A DNA stretch of 64,000 nucleotides from Tubulanus polymorphus (GCF_964204645.1 NC_134033.1:14330655-14394654), one strand, 5' to 3'; shown: positions 1 to 12,836, counted from the stretch's first letter. Translations and numbers: made by a program. The notes: generated by a model not told the origin, from the sequence alone.

Positions 1-767
1 GAGATTATTTTCTCAATCCCGACAGTGGTTTGTGAAAAGCATATTCGTATCCCTACGGCGGCGGTATGATATGCGGGTAAACACGATGTACGGAACATTC
101 TGTTTGCCTGCAACATTGCCAACGTTGAATCATCAACATTTATTTATATCTTACACCACAGTATAAGACAGCGGTAACCGAAGTTCGGAGGAATTTATTC
201 TTCATACGATAAAATATAGCATCCCTTCTCCCAGCGGTGATATGTAAACAACCCTAGATGATCGCTCGCACATATAGGCCTACACTCACATACACCATCA
301 TTCCCAGCCAAATCCCGTTATTAGGATATCAAGAGTCATGGTCAATAATTTTCATTATCATTATTGCTAAAATCCAACTTCAACTAGTTTGCGGATATAA
401 TGACATTCGATAGAATAATGAAGCTTTCTTTGGATAATTAACGAACCGGTCCCAACCGCCCTCATACCTCTCAAGAAGATGAGAAATAGCAAATCTGTAA
501 ACGAACAAGTCTAAGAAATCAGCGAAACTATGAATAAGTCGCAGAAGTTGGGTCCATTAAAAAATTAGATATTTTTCCTAAACTTTAGAGGCATGCATTG
601 GAGGCAGTCCGACGTGCTCAATTCGTTTGTGAGATTTTGGGCATTGCTTATGTACGAGAAGGACCCTCCAGGAAGAACTGATGAGCTGATAGGGCGGAGG
701 GAGTTACAGTATGGCCACATTGTAATCATTTGTATTAAGATGTGTGATATTCGTTGTATATTTCTAG

Positions 768-2111
768 ACGTTCGTGACGTATTCGACTTATTCGATTTCT
801 GGGATGGTCGCGATGGAATGATCGACGCTTTCAAGGTCGGCGACCTTCTCCGATGTATCGGCCTGAACCCGACGAACGAGGAAGCCTTGAAACATGGTGG
901 AACGAAAAAGATGGGTACGCCTTGTCCTATGCAGCCCTCATCCTCAATGACCTCATTAACTACATAACTATCAAAGTTATGCAAGATATTATCTCCATTT
1001 TGTGATTTACTCGAGACGGTTTTAAACCTGTTCTGTATATTAATTATGCAAACTTCGTCATTTCAGGAGAAAAACAATACAAATTTGAAGAGTTCCTTCC
1101 AATATACAAAGAGCTCGGTGGTGCAACCGATACCGGAACTTTCGCAGACTTCAACGAAGCTTTCAAAACCTTTGACAGAGAAGGCCTTGGTTTGATATCC
1201 TCCGCAGAATTGCGACACGTGTTAACATCTCTCGGTAAGTATTTCGAGTCTCCACTTCGCAAAATGTGAATCACATAAGTCGTTTCCGGACGTTCCAAAT
1301 CGCTGACACTATAAGTAGTAGAATAGCCACACCCAGACGTGGAAAAATGTCGAAAAAGATTAAAAACGAAATATTTATCAAGATTAAAAGACACCTTTGA
1401 GGGAAATTACACTAGATTGCATCCTGTCGAAGGAAAACTTGTTTATTCAGGTCTTACGAATCTTGTTTACTCTAAAGGTCTAGTTTGCCAATTTTTGCTT
1501 ACTATATCGCATTACCGGCAAATCAAGTAATATACCTGTCTTTTAATACGATTTACCTTCCTTATAATTGTCATATATCTAAAAGATATGTTCTTTTTCC
1601 CCACATCTCGGAACTCCGGTGCCACTATCTTTTCATTTTACCTGGATGTGTATTCCATTCATTTTTTGTCTACAGGCGAACGATTAACGGATAAAGATAT
1701 AGACAATGTGATCACATGGACGGAAACTCATGAAGATATTGATGGAAATGTTAAATATGCCGGTCAGTATCGAGAACATGATAATCGCTCAATGAAACGC
1801 CCACTGTTCGTGTTGTGACGATAGTATTAAATCCCACACAAAGTATTCCTAAGTATAATTGGAGATGACTCTCCAGATATACTGTAGTTAGCCGAACAGT
1901 GGAATGAACTATAACTCATAGGATAATTTTCGGATTACATTGTTATCAATCTTAGACGGGATTTTATTACCATTGAAAACTGCAATATATGATCCTATTA
2001 CGTATGTCTGGTTTGCGGAGCCATATGCTGAATAACGAGACATTACTATGTTTCTCTTTTTCAGACTTCATCAAGAAAATCATGGCCGGTCCTTTCCCAG
2101 ACAAGAAATAG
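768..2111 (+). CDS. Myosin essential light chain, paralog 1 (5'-partial; exon 1 apparently upstream of the window)
   Basis: Exons 768-914, 1067-1234, 1676-1762 and 2065-2111, all GT-AG and phase 1. Translation DVRDVFDLFDFWDGRDGMIDAFKVGDLLRCIGLNPT...FEEFLPIY...FKTFDREG...ELRHVLTSLGERLTD...DGNVKYADFIKKIMAGPFPDKK* matches molluscan-type ELC. AATAAA at 2920-2925. Confidence 0.95.
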
Positions 2112-3054
2112 GCAACTCGATCTTCAAGAAGAACAAAAACTGATATTGGATAAACCTCAAATTATGTACTCATCTCATTTCGCGGTGGAACGAATCGCTC
2201 TCATCGAATTTTGGAATATCGCTGGATCATCTACAATCTTATTGTTCGGGACTGGGACAAAATGGCCGCTTCATGGAGTTGGAATTTCGAGGAAGAAGAA
2301 GGACGTTAACATCGCGTTCGCTATGTATAGTTGCTGAACGGATTTCAAACCACTAGAGTGCGTTAAGTTTTTGCTTTTTGGATTTACGAATACCGCCTTC
2401 AAATGTTTTAAAAATCATGAAATTCAATCGGAATGAACGTTTTGAACGATGCAGCCTATAAATACAGCAGGCCTTATAGTGACAACACCTCGCAACATCA
2501 TCGACGACGAAGGCTTTTTCCAACTGTGTGAACAGGGTGTTGGCATTTTGATCTTTATGTTTGGATTATGGCAATCTCAGTATTATTAGTAACATCTTTA
2601 TTACTCTTGTTAATACTCGTGACAGAGCGGCAACAACAACTTTCAAATCAAATCGACAGCAAAATTTTACACCGGGATTCTACATGTTTTGTGTGGCGTG
2701 GTTAATATATATATTTATTGTTATATTTCTAAGCGATGAAAGTATTAATAATTTGAGTTTTACGTTAATATCAAATCTCTTTTTACGACGTATTGTTTCC
2801 GTACGTATAATGCGAGCGCGTGCTCGCGTCAACGATACTTAAATATCTGAGGAACTATTTTTACACACCAGCGCCCTCTGTGCACAGGCGGCGTATATAT
2901 ACACATATATTTCATTGGAAATAAAACCTGCGGATGTCCCAAAAATCATCTTGATAACTTTCTATTTCACATTTTCTATGAATCGTTCTATTTTCTGTTG
3001 TACCAGTCAAGATGGTTAATTCGCGTACAAAATGGCGACGTCTGCAAATTTTGA

Positions 3055-3395
3055 CTGCCTTCTATGACAAATCAAAGGCTGTCAGTTTTAGGCTATAGAA
3101 AATGATACCTTGTTTCTTCGAATCGGCCGGGTAATTTTGTAAACTGCAATGAAATTTTGTAATCAGTTCATTTCTACAACACCGGTAGCTGTTATGGTCA
3201 ACCTGATCTTGATATTAAACAGTAATGCACAGAGTAGATAGGCCAACTTTAAAGCTCTGCAGTAAGGAGAAACAAGGTATCAATTTTTAAGCTTTATGAT
3301 CAAGAGTAAAGATTAAGAAGTATGCATAGCGAAGCAAAGTTAGGTTCTCATTGGTATATGACCTGAAGCAGTCCTTTCATAAGCTTTGAAGCAGT
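3055..3395. mobile_element. Degenerate inverted-repeat (MITE-like) element between the ELC paralogs
   Basis: aaaatgataccttgtttct (~3099-3117) is nearly the reverse complement of agaaacaaggtatcaatttt (~3268-3287). Weaker outer arms at ~3055-3081 and ~3368-3395. Confidence 0.4.
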
Positions 3396-4442
3396 GCTGC
3401 TATATATCGTATCACACTCGGGATGCGCTGAATAATAGTTAAAAAATAAAAAGTTAAAGACAACTTTTATCTATGATCTAAAAATTATCGGACTATAATT
3501 GTTATCATTAGATTACTCGAAAAGGGCACTATTATCCCCTTGGGGGATGCCCGTGAGGTTTAGAGTAATGCTAGGGGTTCTTTTTCCACCGCCATATTCT
3601 TTTCCTCGTGAGCTCGTGTGTTTTTTTTCAACAACAGCAACAACAGGCGAAATTCATTCTGCATCATCAATCTTTCTTTCTCGCCGCGATCAACATCGAT
3701 TTGGCTCCGGCTGCGTTCGTAAGCTTCACCCCGGCCGAGTAGAGAATACAGTCTTATACCTGTTCTTATCCAGCGCACGGTTTGCTTACCTAAATACGCA
3801 TTTCGTATAGCGCATACCGACACTGTTAGCTCGCTTACAATACGTGATATATTGCGGCTATCTTCTAAGTATAGATTTGAACTTCGAACGCCGTTAAGTT
3901 ATGATATTCTTCAGAAAATTCTGGCTTTGCAGATGATCACTTTTGGAAACTGCTTCACCATATCGCGGGCTGGTTTTTGCAGACGAGTCACTGTCTAATT
4001 TAACGAATTACAAGACGAGGTCTCGATTTCGAATAATTGAAATTTTTGAAATTGCCTCTCAGCATATGAGTTGAAACGTCAAATTCCTATTGCTGTTTTT
4101 CTTTGATTGTGGCTTTTATTCTTCAATTTTTCAGTGTATCGGTAAATTTCAACCCAAATTTGCTTAAATATTTCAATTAATTTTTAAATTTACGTATCGA
4201 GTCTGCTCTTTATTTATCTGATCAGTGGTTTACAGAAGGCTTACTTCGATTTAGACATAACAAACTAAATGTTCTTTTTTAAATTTTGTACTTTAGTAAT
4301 TTTCTTAAACAACAACCCTTTCCCCCGGGTCGGTAATTTATCTAGTTTCCTGGTTGCGAAAAAATCTTCCTTCAAAGCCTTGCTTTATTTTTCACGTCAG
4401 TTCAGCGGTGCGGCTGCTGTTGCTGCTGGGAACGGGGTGCAA

Positions 4443-4517
4443 TGACGTCATCCGTTCCTCTTTTCGAACGACCTTGAAAACTACGAAGAGACGAGATCGG
4501 TTTAAGCGCGCATGCGC
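4443..4517 (+). promoter_or_regulatory. Putative ELC paralog 2 promoter elements: CRE palindrome and NRF1/EWG-type site
   Basis: TGACGTCA at 4443-4450 and GCGCATGCGC at 4508-4517, about 300-360 bp upstream of the ATG at 4808, in a GC-richer patch. Confidence 0.4.
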
Positions 4518-4807
4518 AGTAGAGTTGATTTTAATTAAAGGAAAACTTTCTCGCCGATTTTTCCGAGGCGAGCTTTTCACAGTATGCGAAAGCGCAGTCT
4601 ACCACCCCCGATATCGGGATTTGAATAGACTCACCAGAGCTGTCCGCTGTAAGGGGTTTATCCTGTACGTCGGTTTGTGATTGCCACCGCCGTCAGGAGT
4701 GAAGTACCACTCTCTAGTCGAAGAGATCAGTGTCGTCACGGTCCGGAAGCTGCATAGCAGACGACAGTAGTTACCCTCGGAATCTCCACGCAGCAAGCAC
4801 AACAAAA

Positions 4808-7800
4808 ATGGACGCAGATGAACTAGAAGGTACGTTTATTAATCAAACAACGGGCAGTTTTTTTCTAAAAAGACACCGCAGTTAAAATTTGACTTTGAAA
4901 TAATCAAATGAACTAAACTGAGCTAAATTTGAATCCAAGATTAGATATAATGCGAATCCTGTGAAACAGATTCTAGAAGATTGCAGTAACTGTGATATTG
5001 GGTCAAGATTTTTATAATGATTTTTTATGACTTCAATAACATCAGAAAACTAAAAACCAACTAAAAGCTTCAGATATTGTCGCGATGAACTGGAAAATGA
5101 TAATTCAAATCAACATAATCAAATTGAAAACATTCTATTAAGAAAACAGATGAAATGCACAAATATTCAATTAATAATCGAACACGTAAAATACAGAAAA
5201 GGACTTCTCGTTTTTTATCACGATAAAACATGAATTCAAACGAGCACACGAACCTTGTCAAATATCAAAAACAAACTTTTTTAGCTCTAAAACGTTCTTC
5301 ATTTTTCGAGATGTTCATGCTATTGCAAAAATTATAAGTTTAAACGATAGATAGTCGAAAAAATCATTTAAGGCTGGAAAAAGCTTTTACAAAAACAGAT
5401 TCATTCCTAAGACGATTCGTTTAAGAATTTCGATCATAGAATACGAGGTAAGGTAGCCCACTGATCGTCGATTATTAGATGGCTTCAAACCGGGAGAGCC
5501 TTGAGTTGAAAAGATAAGACCTGATAATCCGTACCATCTGTGATGTTAATCTCAACGAGGATTATCTTTGCCCGCTGTTTGCGCTAATGTTACAACACGA
5601 GTATAGAATGCTAACGGCGGCATTTGAACTTCGATTACCTCATTACACGAAACAACATAGAATGGAATAGTTTCGAGAAGAAGGGTCAAGGGTGATGATC
5701 GGAAAGATTGTCAGTCGGAACCTGATTTCATGGGAAATTAGCCGCCTTTTCTTGATGTGCTTCAGAGAAAAATGATACATTTCATACAAACAAAGTGTAT
5801 TGATTCGAGTTTGCGAGTATTAGTCGTGTAAAGTTTCCGAGTTTTGCGAGAGTTTTGGTACTCATTTCATTATTTCAGTATCATAGCAGTATCCCTTTGG
5901 AACACTTAAAATGATGACCTCGGAAACCCTTCCAATTTCGATGATTTCAAACGACTTTCCTGTTCAAATCATCTTACGACCTGTAACAACTCACCCCAAT
6001 CACCGGTGAATATTGGTCATTTTTACAAATGACGCAATTTATTTTTTTTTGCCTATCAATTAGAAAGTGATAGATTTCATTTTGGGATTTCGATTGAAAA
6101 AATACATTTGAGACTAGGAGTAAATTAAAATGATTTTGAAATGGAAATGGAAAAAAATCGAATCATAGTCAAAGTCCGTTATAAATATCACTGTTGCGAC
6201 CAATGGAAAACATGAGAATTGAAATTAAGATCGTAATCGATTATCATCGATAACACTGGATCCGGCTTCAGGATCCAGTTCCACGGCGTCGGCTAAGATT
6301 TTCCGAAATTAAAACATTGGGAATGAACTAATTTCAACTAGAATTTATAAAATAGCCGACAACTTTTGAACCGGGGCCGGGTCTGTAACAGCAACTCAGA
6401 CAATGGCGCAGCGTCTGCAGATCGTACGTAACAATAGTGGAAACATCAGTGTCTATGATCTGACAAACACATGAATAAACACAGTTCGTAGTAAACATTT
6501 TAGAAAACGATTTTAATTCCTGAATTCTATAATCATCTACGCAATTGTTTATCGATGCAGTAGTTGAATTTTCTGACATCGGCAACGTGAGAGATGGGCG
6601 GAGACAATTCCAACAACGAAAATGATAATCAAGGATGATAATTAGGAAGAAAATCCCACAATAAATGAAAGAAATATGAAAGAAGAAAAGTTATTTTAGA
6701 TGTAGATGTATTTTTATGCAACGTCTCGGCTATGATCTGATAGCCATCATCAGGCGTACAGCTATAGGATACGTTACAGCCGAAACACTGCGTAGAATTC
6801 ATTCACATCTAACTGAACATTTCATCTTTATTTCTTGGATTTATTACGCCATTTTTTACTCATTCATCTTACACGGAAATTGTGTTTTATCTCGACCTAT
6901 AGATGATAACATGCTCTAAATCAAATCTGTTACATGTATTTCTATAAATCCTATTTGTCCAATTAAACACAAAACACACATTTCCAACACGTTTATTATA
7001 TAGACACAAAATGCTTGTCAATATAATCTATTATGGTTATGCAAATACGCTTTTCGTTATTTGATATATGTACAACGATATTTACAATAACTAGTACAAT
7101 ATCAACCTATCAATATACATTACTTTATATATCAATTATACAATTATATATATAAGTAAATCCTAAGTAAATACTAATCCAACTAATGTCACCATCTTTC
7201 TGAATCCTGTAAGATTGCGTAGCACGTCTCAGCTAGAAATGTTGGCCGTTCAAAGAAAACATAATTCGCCAAATGAAACGATTTTCTGTGTGCATGCTTT
7301 CCTTATTTTCTGAATGTTGGTCGAAACCTTGTTAAATACCTATCCTCGGTAGTATAGTGGTGAGTATCCACGCCTGTCACGTGTGAGACCCGGGTTCGAT
7401 TCCCGGCCAGGGAGAGTTTTGCACATTTTGCATACGTTAGATTTTATTCTTACACCTCAGGATCCAGCTGTTCTACAATGCTGAGTTACATTTGACTCGG
7501 CTAAAATCAACTTTAATTCATAACTTTTAAACTGGATCCAGCAGGTCCAAGAAATAGAGGAACTCTTAATAAATAACAGAAAATGGAACGATAACCACAC
7601 TCAAACGTGGTGAACGGATAATAAGATAAAATCCCACTATTTACAGATTAAAAGAATTTAAAAACAAGAATTTATTTATTAAATCTAAAATATTTAAAAG
7701 ACACGACGTTTCGATCTCACCCTAGAGATCATCACACCTGACGATGATCTCTAGGGTGAGATCGAAACGTCGTGTCTTTTAAATATTTTAGATTTAATAA

Positions 7801-10203
7801 ATAAATTCTTGTTTTTAAATTCTTTTAATCTGTAAATAGTGGGATTTTATCTTATTAACATAAAATGGTTTTATGTTGATGGGGCATAGAAATTAAGAAT
7901 CTGATCATGAAACTTAACGACCTGAGATTAGTAATAGGTGTCTGGTGTATATAGTTCGGTTAATGGGTCTATTGCGGAAAGGAATATTACAAACGTATTC
8001 CTAAACGTTTCTGGGGCATCTGTTATTTCCTCGTATTAGCAAATATCGCTAATAAGTGGCCCTATACACTCCATACCGGTAAAGATAAAATAAGTCTTCT
8101 ATAAATCATAAGGTTACACGCAACTAGCATCGGTGTTACCCGACACGTCTACTCCGCTATACCAACGCGTATAACGCATACAACGTCAAAAATAACGCTT
8201 CCTCACCCCCGGCGTATACTGCAGCGTTACTCGGCCTTTTATGGTGCGTTCGTGGTGAACCGACGTTTACCCGGTGGTATCCGGGTATACTGGCGTTATA
8301 CGTACGATTGTGCTCGTACGGCGGTGTGTTGGTGGTGCTACGAATTGCGTACCAAATAAACAGCTTAGAATATACGATACCGCGGCGGTATGAGTAGACT
8401 ACTGATACACTTATTAGAACAAACACGCCTCAAACCCGAACCTGGATCAATAATGACCCAGTTCTTGGTTTATATTTGCTTCTACTGTATCTGAAAATGA
8501 ATTCATTCTAACTCACGAGGTCGCTACACAACCGTGGACTCTCAATAATTATGAGTCCATCCTACAACTCACAAATGAGATCGAAACGTCGTGTCTTATT
8601 TATATTTCAGATTGAATAGATAAATTCTTGCTTTTAATTCTTTTAATCTGTAGATAGTGGGTTTTTATCTTATTAAACTCACAACTGTAGAGCTGGGGCC
8701 AGTTGCACAATCGCGACTTGCACAAGACGGGTCGGAGAGACAATCTTTTTTCTAAAGCCAATCTAACACTTTTGGACTTGAGTCAAACCGACCGGTCTAA
8801 ACCTAAGTCAAATTATTCAGATTAATTCATATCACAATTCACAAAAAAAGGACAAAATAGACATTTTTCTAATTTCGAAAACTATTAGAAATTTCCGATA
8901 AGATATTTCATTCTAGGATTTTACCCTTTTTGCTGACTGTTTTCAGAGGTACGCGATGTATTCGACTTGTTCGATTTCTGGGATGGTCGCGATGGAATGA
9001 TCGACGCGGTCAAGGTCGGTGATCTTCTGCGATGTATCGGTCTGAACCCGACGATAGCCCAGTCGATAAAAGTTGGAGCCACGAAAAAAATGGGTCAGTT
9101 CAAATTGCCAAACAATTATACGCAAATTAACTATTGATATCTTAGATTCGAGCTTCGGCCAATAATCATCTTCATCGATTGCGTATTGTCGTTTTTTTAA
9201 ATTTTCGGTTGTTATCGATGTTTGTTGCAGGCGAAAAACAATATAAATTCGAAGAATTCCTTGCCATCTATAAAGAAATCAGCGAAACTTTGGAACAAGG
9301 CACATTCGCCGACTACAACGAAGCGTTCAAAACGTTCGATCGAGAGGGTCAAGGATTAATTCCATCCGCCGAAATGCGACACGTGCTTACGTCATTAGGT
9401 AACTGTAATTGTAGCGCCCCTGGTGGTTCCTCGCTTGCCACAAGTCGCCTTAACATGATATTGGCATCACACATTCTTTTTCATAAATCTATTCACTGTT
9501 TGTGTTTAGGAGAACGTCTTACCGACAATGAAGTAGACTCAATTATTCAATGGACAGAAACCCATGAAGATATAGACGGTAACGTAAAATTTGCAGGTAG
9601 GCGACATAAAGACTGACAATTTGCGCACAGTTGATAGCACTAGGTTTCCTTAGAATAAAATGTATTGTCATCGTATCAATGCAGAGCAACATTATGCGAA
9701 TATATGATATTTGAAATACATAAAATTAGGAATATGAATATTAGTTACGATGCACTCAATATGATAATCACTTTCATAATGAAGAGCTCCCGGCGATCCA
9801 ATGACCATGCACTCCAAAGTCTAAGACAAATTGCACAATGTTCATAGAACTAGGCTTGAACTTTAATTTTTCGTTGTTATATAAAGCAACACTATGCAAA
9901 ATACATATATATGCATCATATCACACATAAGATTTGGAATTATGGAATTTATAACGTATTATAGTAATCATTGTCACAGTGTAGATCCTATAGAGCCAAT
10001 GACTACTCTAAATTGAACACAATTGGAATTGCTCATTTGGAATATCTTATTGGACTCTAGATGCATTTCATTGATGATCGACTGTATCTATCTTCGTGAA
10101 CGAACAAGTCGTAGCGGCTCGCCTATTTTTCTGTACGTATTTTCATGCATTTTCAGATTTCATCAAAAAGGTTATGGCTGGACCGTTCCCTGACAAGAAA
10201 TAA
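4808..10203 (+). CDS. Myosin essential light chain, paralog 2 (156 aa)
   Basis: Exons 4808-4829 (MDADELE, then gtacgt donor), 8947-9093, 9231-9398, 9510-9596 and 10157-10203 total 471 nt. Exon sizes 147/168/87/47 are identical to paralog 1. Contains DFWDGRDG and ends AGPFPDKK*. AATAAA at 10967-10972. Confidence 0.95.
7343..7414 (+). tRNA. tRNA-Asp(GTC), in intron 1 of ELC paralog 2
   Basis: TCCTCGGTAGTATAGTGGTGAGTATCCACGCCTGTCACGTGTGAGACCCGGGTTCGATTCCCGGCCAGGGAG is 72 nt with A and B boxes, anticodon stem CACGC/GTGTG and loop CTGTCAC. A TTTT run follows. One C-A mismatch in the acceptor stem. Confidence 0.9.
7587..7855. mobile_element. Penelope-like (pseudo-LTR) palindromic element with hammerhead ribozyme core, copy 1
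   Basis: Perfect 115-bp inverted arms 7619-7733 and 7743-7857 with a 9-nt loop. Core CTGACGA-T-GATCTC-tagggt-GAGATC-GAAAC-GTC at 7738-7771. Flanking 13-bp direct repeat taacagaaaatgg (7574-7586) / taacataaaatgg (7856-7868). Confidence 0.7.
8576..8674 (+). mobile_element. Truncated copy of the Penelope-like element
   Basis: tgagatcgaaacgtcgtgtc...gtgggtttttatcttatta aligns to the right arm of the 7587-7855 element. Confidence 0.7.
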
Positions 10204-11280
10204 AACAACAATTGAAACAACCAAGTCAACGAAACAAAGGAGAAGAGAAAAAAACAACACAAACCTCCCTCCATGTACATAGTGAACTAATTTCTGTTTT
10301 ATAAGTTATTTCTTCCGTTTAAATTCAAATTTCCAATGTTTAAATATTTCAAGTTGACCAGTCTCGATCGGTCCACGGAATTTCGATGTTTCTAACGCAA
10401 TCTTGAGTGATTTGTTTCCTATTTTTTCTTGTTACGAAGGAAAGAACGTTTGAAAAGGCAATCGTGTGAGAGAACAAACAAACAAGCAAAATCTAACAAA
10501 TAATTGTACGTGTTTTCGTCTTAATTCTGGATTTTTATTTTCAACTAGTAGTCAGGCTGTTCATTTGCTATAATTATTATGTAGTATTTCATCATATGTA
10601 GTATTTCTAAAGCGATATTTTGTTATATGAAATACGGATTTCGGAACATTCTGTTTCTTACAAGAATTGTGAATCGGGTCAGCCAATTCATAAACGCTGA
10701 TCGGCTAGTTTGCGCCGACATCGTCCTATATAGGCCAATCAGAATATACTCCTCATAACTTCCTGTCCGAAACAGATATTTCGATTTCCTGTATTGATTT
10801 CGTTTATATAATATACGTATGTTGTAGTTTTCTTTCTAATTACGTCAATGCCAGCACGTGCTTGCATATCGAATTTTATGTGATCAACGATCAATGATGA
10901 ATTGCAACTATTTTCGTGAAAAACGCCCTCCGTGCACAGTGGGCGTATTGTATACAAACTAAGCTGAATAAAACCTGCAGCGAATGCCCCACGATAAATA
11001 CATGATTACTTATGTTAGTTCATTTGATTAATCCTGAAATTTGGAACGTTGTTTGACTTTATTTCTTTATGGTCAATGGATATTTTTCCTGAAATCATAA
11101 AGGTTTGGAAATCCCTTCGAATTGGTTACATATAGCGCTACGGTTTGAATTATAGGTTCATCTAGATAGATGGTTATTCCAATCAAATGCCCAATAGTCC
11201 AAGTAATTGATGTCCGATTTACGTTTTGTGTTATTATGCACAGTCTTATTTTGGCTTGTTTAATAGAACTGCAGCAACCC

Positions 11281-12249
11281 TCATTTTAAAGATGGCCCCG
11301 CGTTGCAAATTTTAACGAACATCGTCTTAATCGTATTTCTGATTTGGGAACTAGACACCAAATATATATAGAAATTCGCCGAAAAGTTTAACACTACGAT
11401 TTTATGCGTGACTTCGTAGGGAACGACGAGCGACGCTGCCCATTCCGGATTCGACATCAGATTCAGAACGACCAAATGCGGCAACATGGACGCGACGAAA
11501 AACGCGCACACAGTTATCGACATGATGGTGACCTGTCTGGTACCGGAAGTCGACTTGGTGGAGCTTACTTCCGTCGACGACGACCGTAACGACGCCACGA
11601 TGATCACGTTTGAAATGACTAGGAACGTGATAGGAATGTAGCTCATGCAAATCGGAGCCGCGACCTCGAACGCCGTTTTTCCAGACGGGGTTATGACGCA
11701 GAGGTTTTCATCGGGTAAATATGATATGGTCGTAAACAAAAAGCTATAGACCAAAACTAAAGTTACCAGTAGCAAGAATACGGATATCGACACTACTCGC
11801 GTAGTCCAGAATCTAGGTCCGCGGAACGGGAACCGGACAACCGACAGACGTTCGGCAGAAATCAATACCAGAACACCGGGGCTGTAACAACTAGCGATTA
11901 TGACTAAGTATTCTTTCAGCACGCACGCTATCCACGACGTCGATTCGACCGTACGTACCGAGGTTAACGTATTGATGACGATACAGCTTATGAAGCCGAG
12001 CGCGGCCGCGTCGGACAAGGCGAGCGCTATGAAGAAACGACTGAAAGACATCTTCCACAGCTTGGGCGTCGACATCGTGACGACGATCATCAAATTCCCG
12101 ATCACTCCTAGCACGATAATGCTACCGGTAAATGTCATGTCAATCACGCGGTAAACATGCGGTACATCTTTATCGGGAAGAATCCTCGTCAGAATTTCGT
12201 TATAGGGTAGAACGAAGTCGGCGTGTGTCGTAGTGTTCGGGTCTTTCAT
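11281..12249 (-). CDS. Intronless class A (rhodopsin-like) GPCR, FMRFamide/peptide-receptor-like orphan, copy 1 (322 aa)
   Basis: Seven hydrophobic segments with GVIGN (TM1), LALSD (TM2), ISAER..VRFP (DRY-equivalent), a TM3/ECL2 Cys pair, P in TM5 and TM6, and NFSANFYIY (NPxxY-equivalent). Confidence 0.92.
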   Translation of the reverse strand: MKDPNTTTHADFVLPYNEILTRILPDKDVPHVYRVIDMTFTGSIIVLGVIGNLMIVVTMSTPKLWKMSFSRFFIALALSDAAALGFISCIVINTLTSVRTVESTSWIACVLKEYLVIIASCYSPGVLVLISAERLSVVRFPFRGPRFWTTRVVSISVFLLLVTLVLVYSFLFTTISYLPDENLCVITPSGKTAFEVAAPICMSYIPITFLVISNVIIVASLRSSSTEVSSTKSTSGTRQVTIMSITVCAFFVASMLPHLVVLNLMSNPEWAASLVVPYEVTHKIVVLNFSANFYIYLVSSSQIRNTIKTMFVKICNAGPSLK

Positions 12250-12836
12250 CGTATGAACCAGAAATATCAGACGGAATCCACACCAACTACTGAGATCATG
12301 CCACCTCGTAATCGTGCTTTAGAAAAAAGTTTATTTTAATGATGTACCGAGGCGATTTAATGAGTGGAATATGATATGGATACGTAACCAATTTGTTCAG
12401 AAAAAAAAGTTCGAAGGTTCAAAAATGATTATTTCTCGCTTATAAGATTATAGTGAATGTTAACACCTCGTGTCTTATGGAAGACTGTGGACAAGTGGAA
12501 GCAGCTCCATAAATCCCGGGCATCCATATTACGTTTGAATGTAGATCGCGTTGAAGTTAAGTCCGGTTTAATTCCTTCATGTACTAAAATAGAGGTACGG
12601 TTAGCCTGGTTTTTAAGACGACCTACCATTCATAACGGTCTATTCGTTAAGCTTGTATCGCGTTCATGTAGAGATTCACAGTAATACAACAAACCCAAAG
12701 TAAAACATTCCAATCTGAAACAGCTAAGTAAACCAACTGAACATAATGAGCTACTGAAACATACTAATCCGTACAAAATATGAATAAGATAATTCCCACA
12801 GTGAAGACTAAAAGTTTAAGAAAATTGAAGGGTTTG

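Noticed and set aside
529-556. Possible first exon of ELC paralog 1 (MNKSQKL, then G|gtccat)
   Set aside because: Poor donor and no resemblance to the paralog 2 exon 1. The true exon 1 is probably upstream of the window.
565-1394. Minus-strand ORFs 565-984 and 1044-1394
   Set aside because: Antisense shadows of ELC exons with no independent features.
3499-3840. Overlapping ORFs and minus-strand donor-like sites between the ELC genes
   Set aside because: No recognisable protein and no consistent exon chain.
5690-5726. C/D-box-like GTGATGA...CTGA
   Set aside because: The spacing is too short for a snoRNA and there is no terminal stem.
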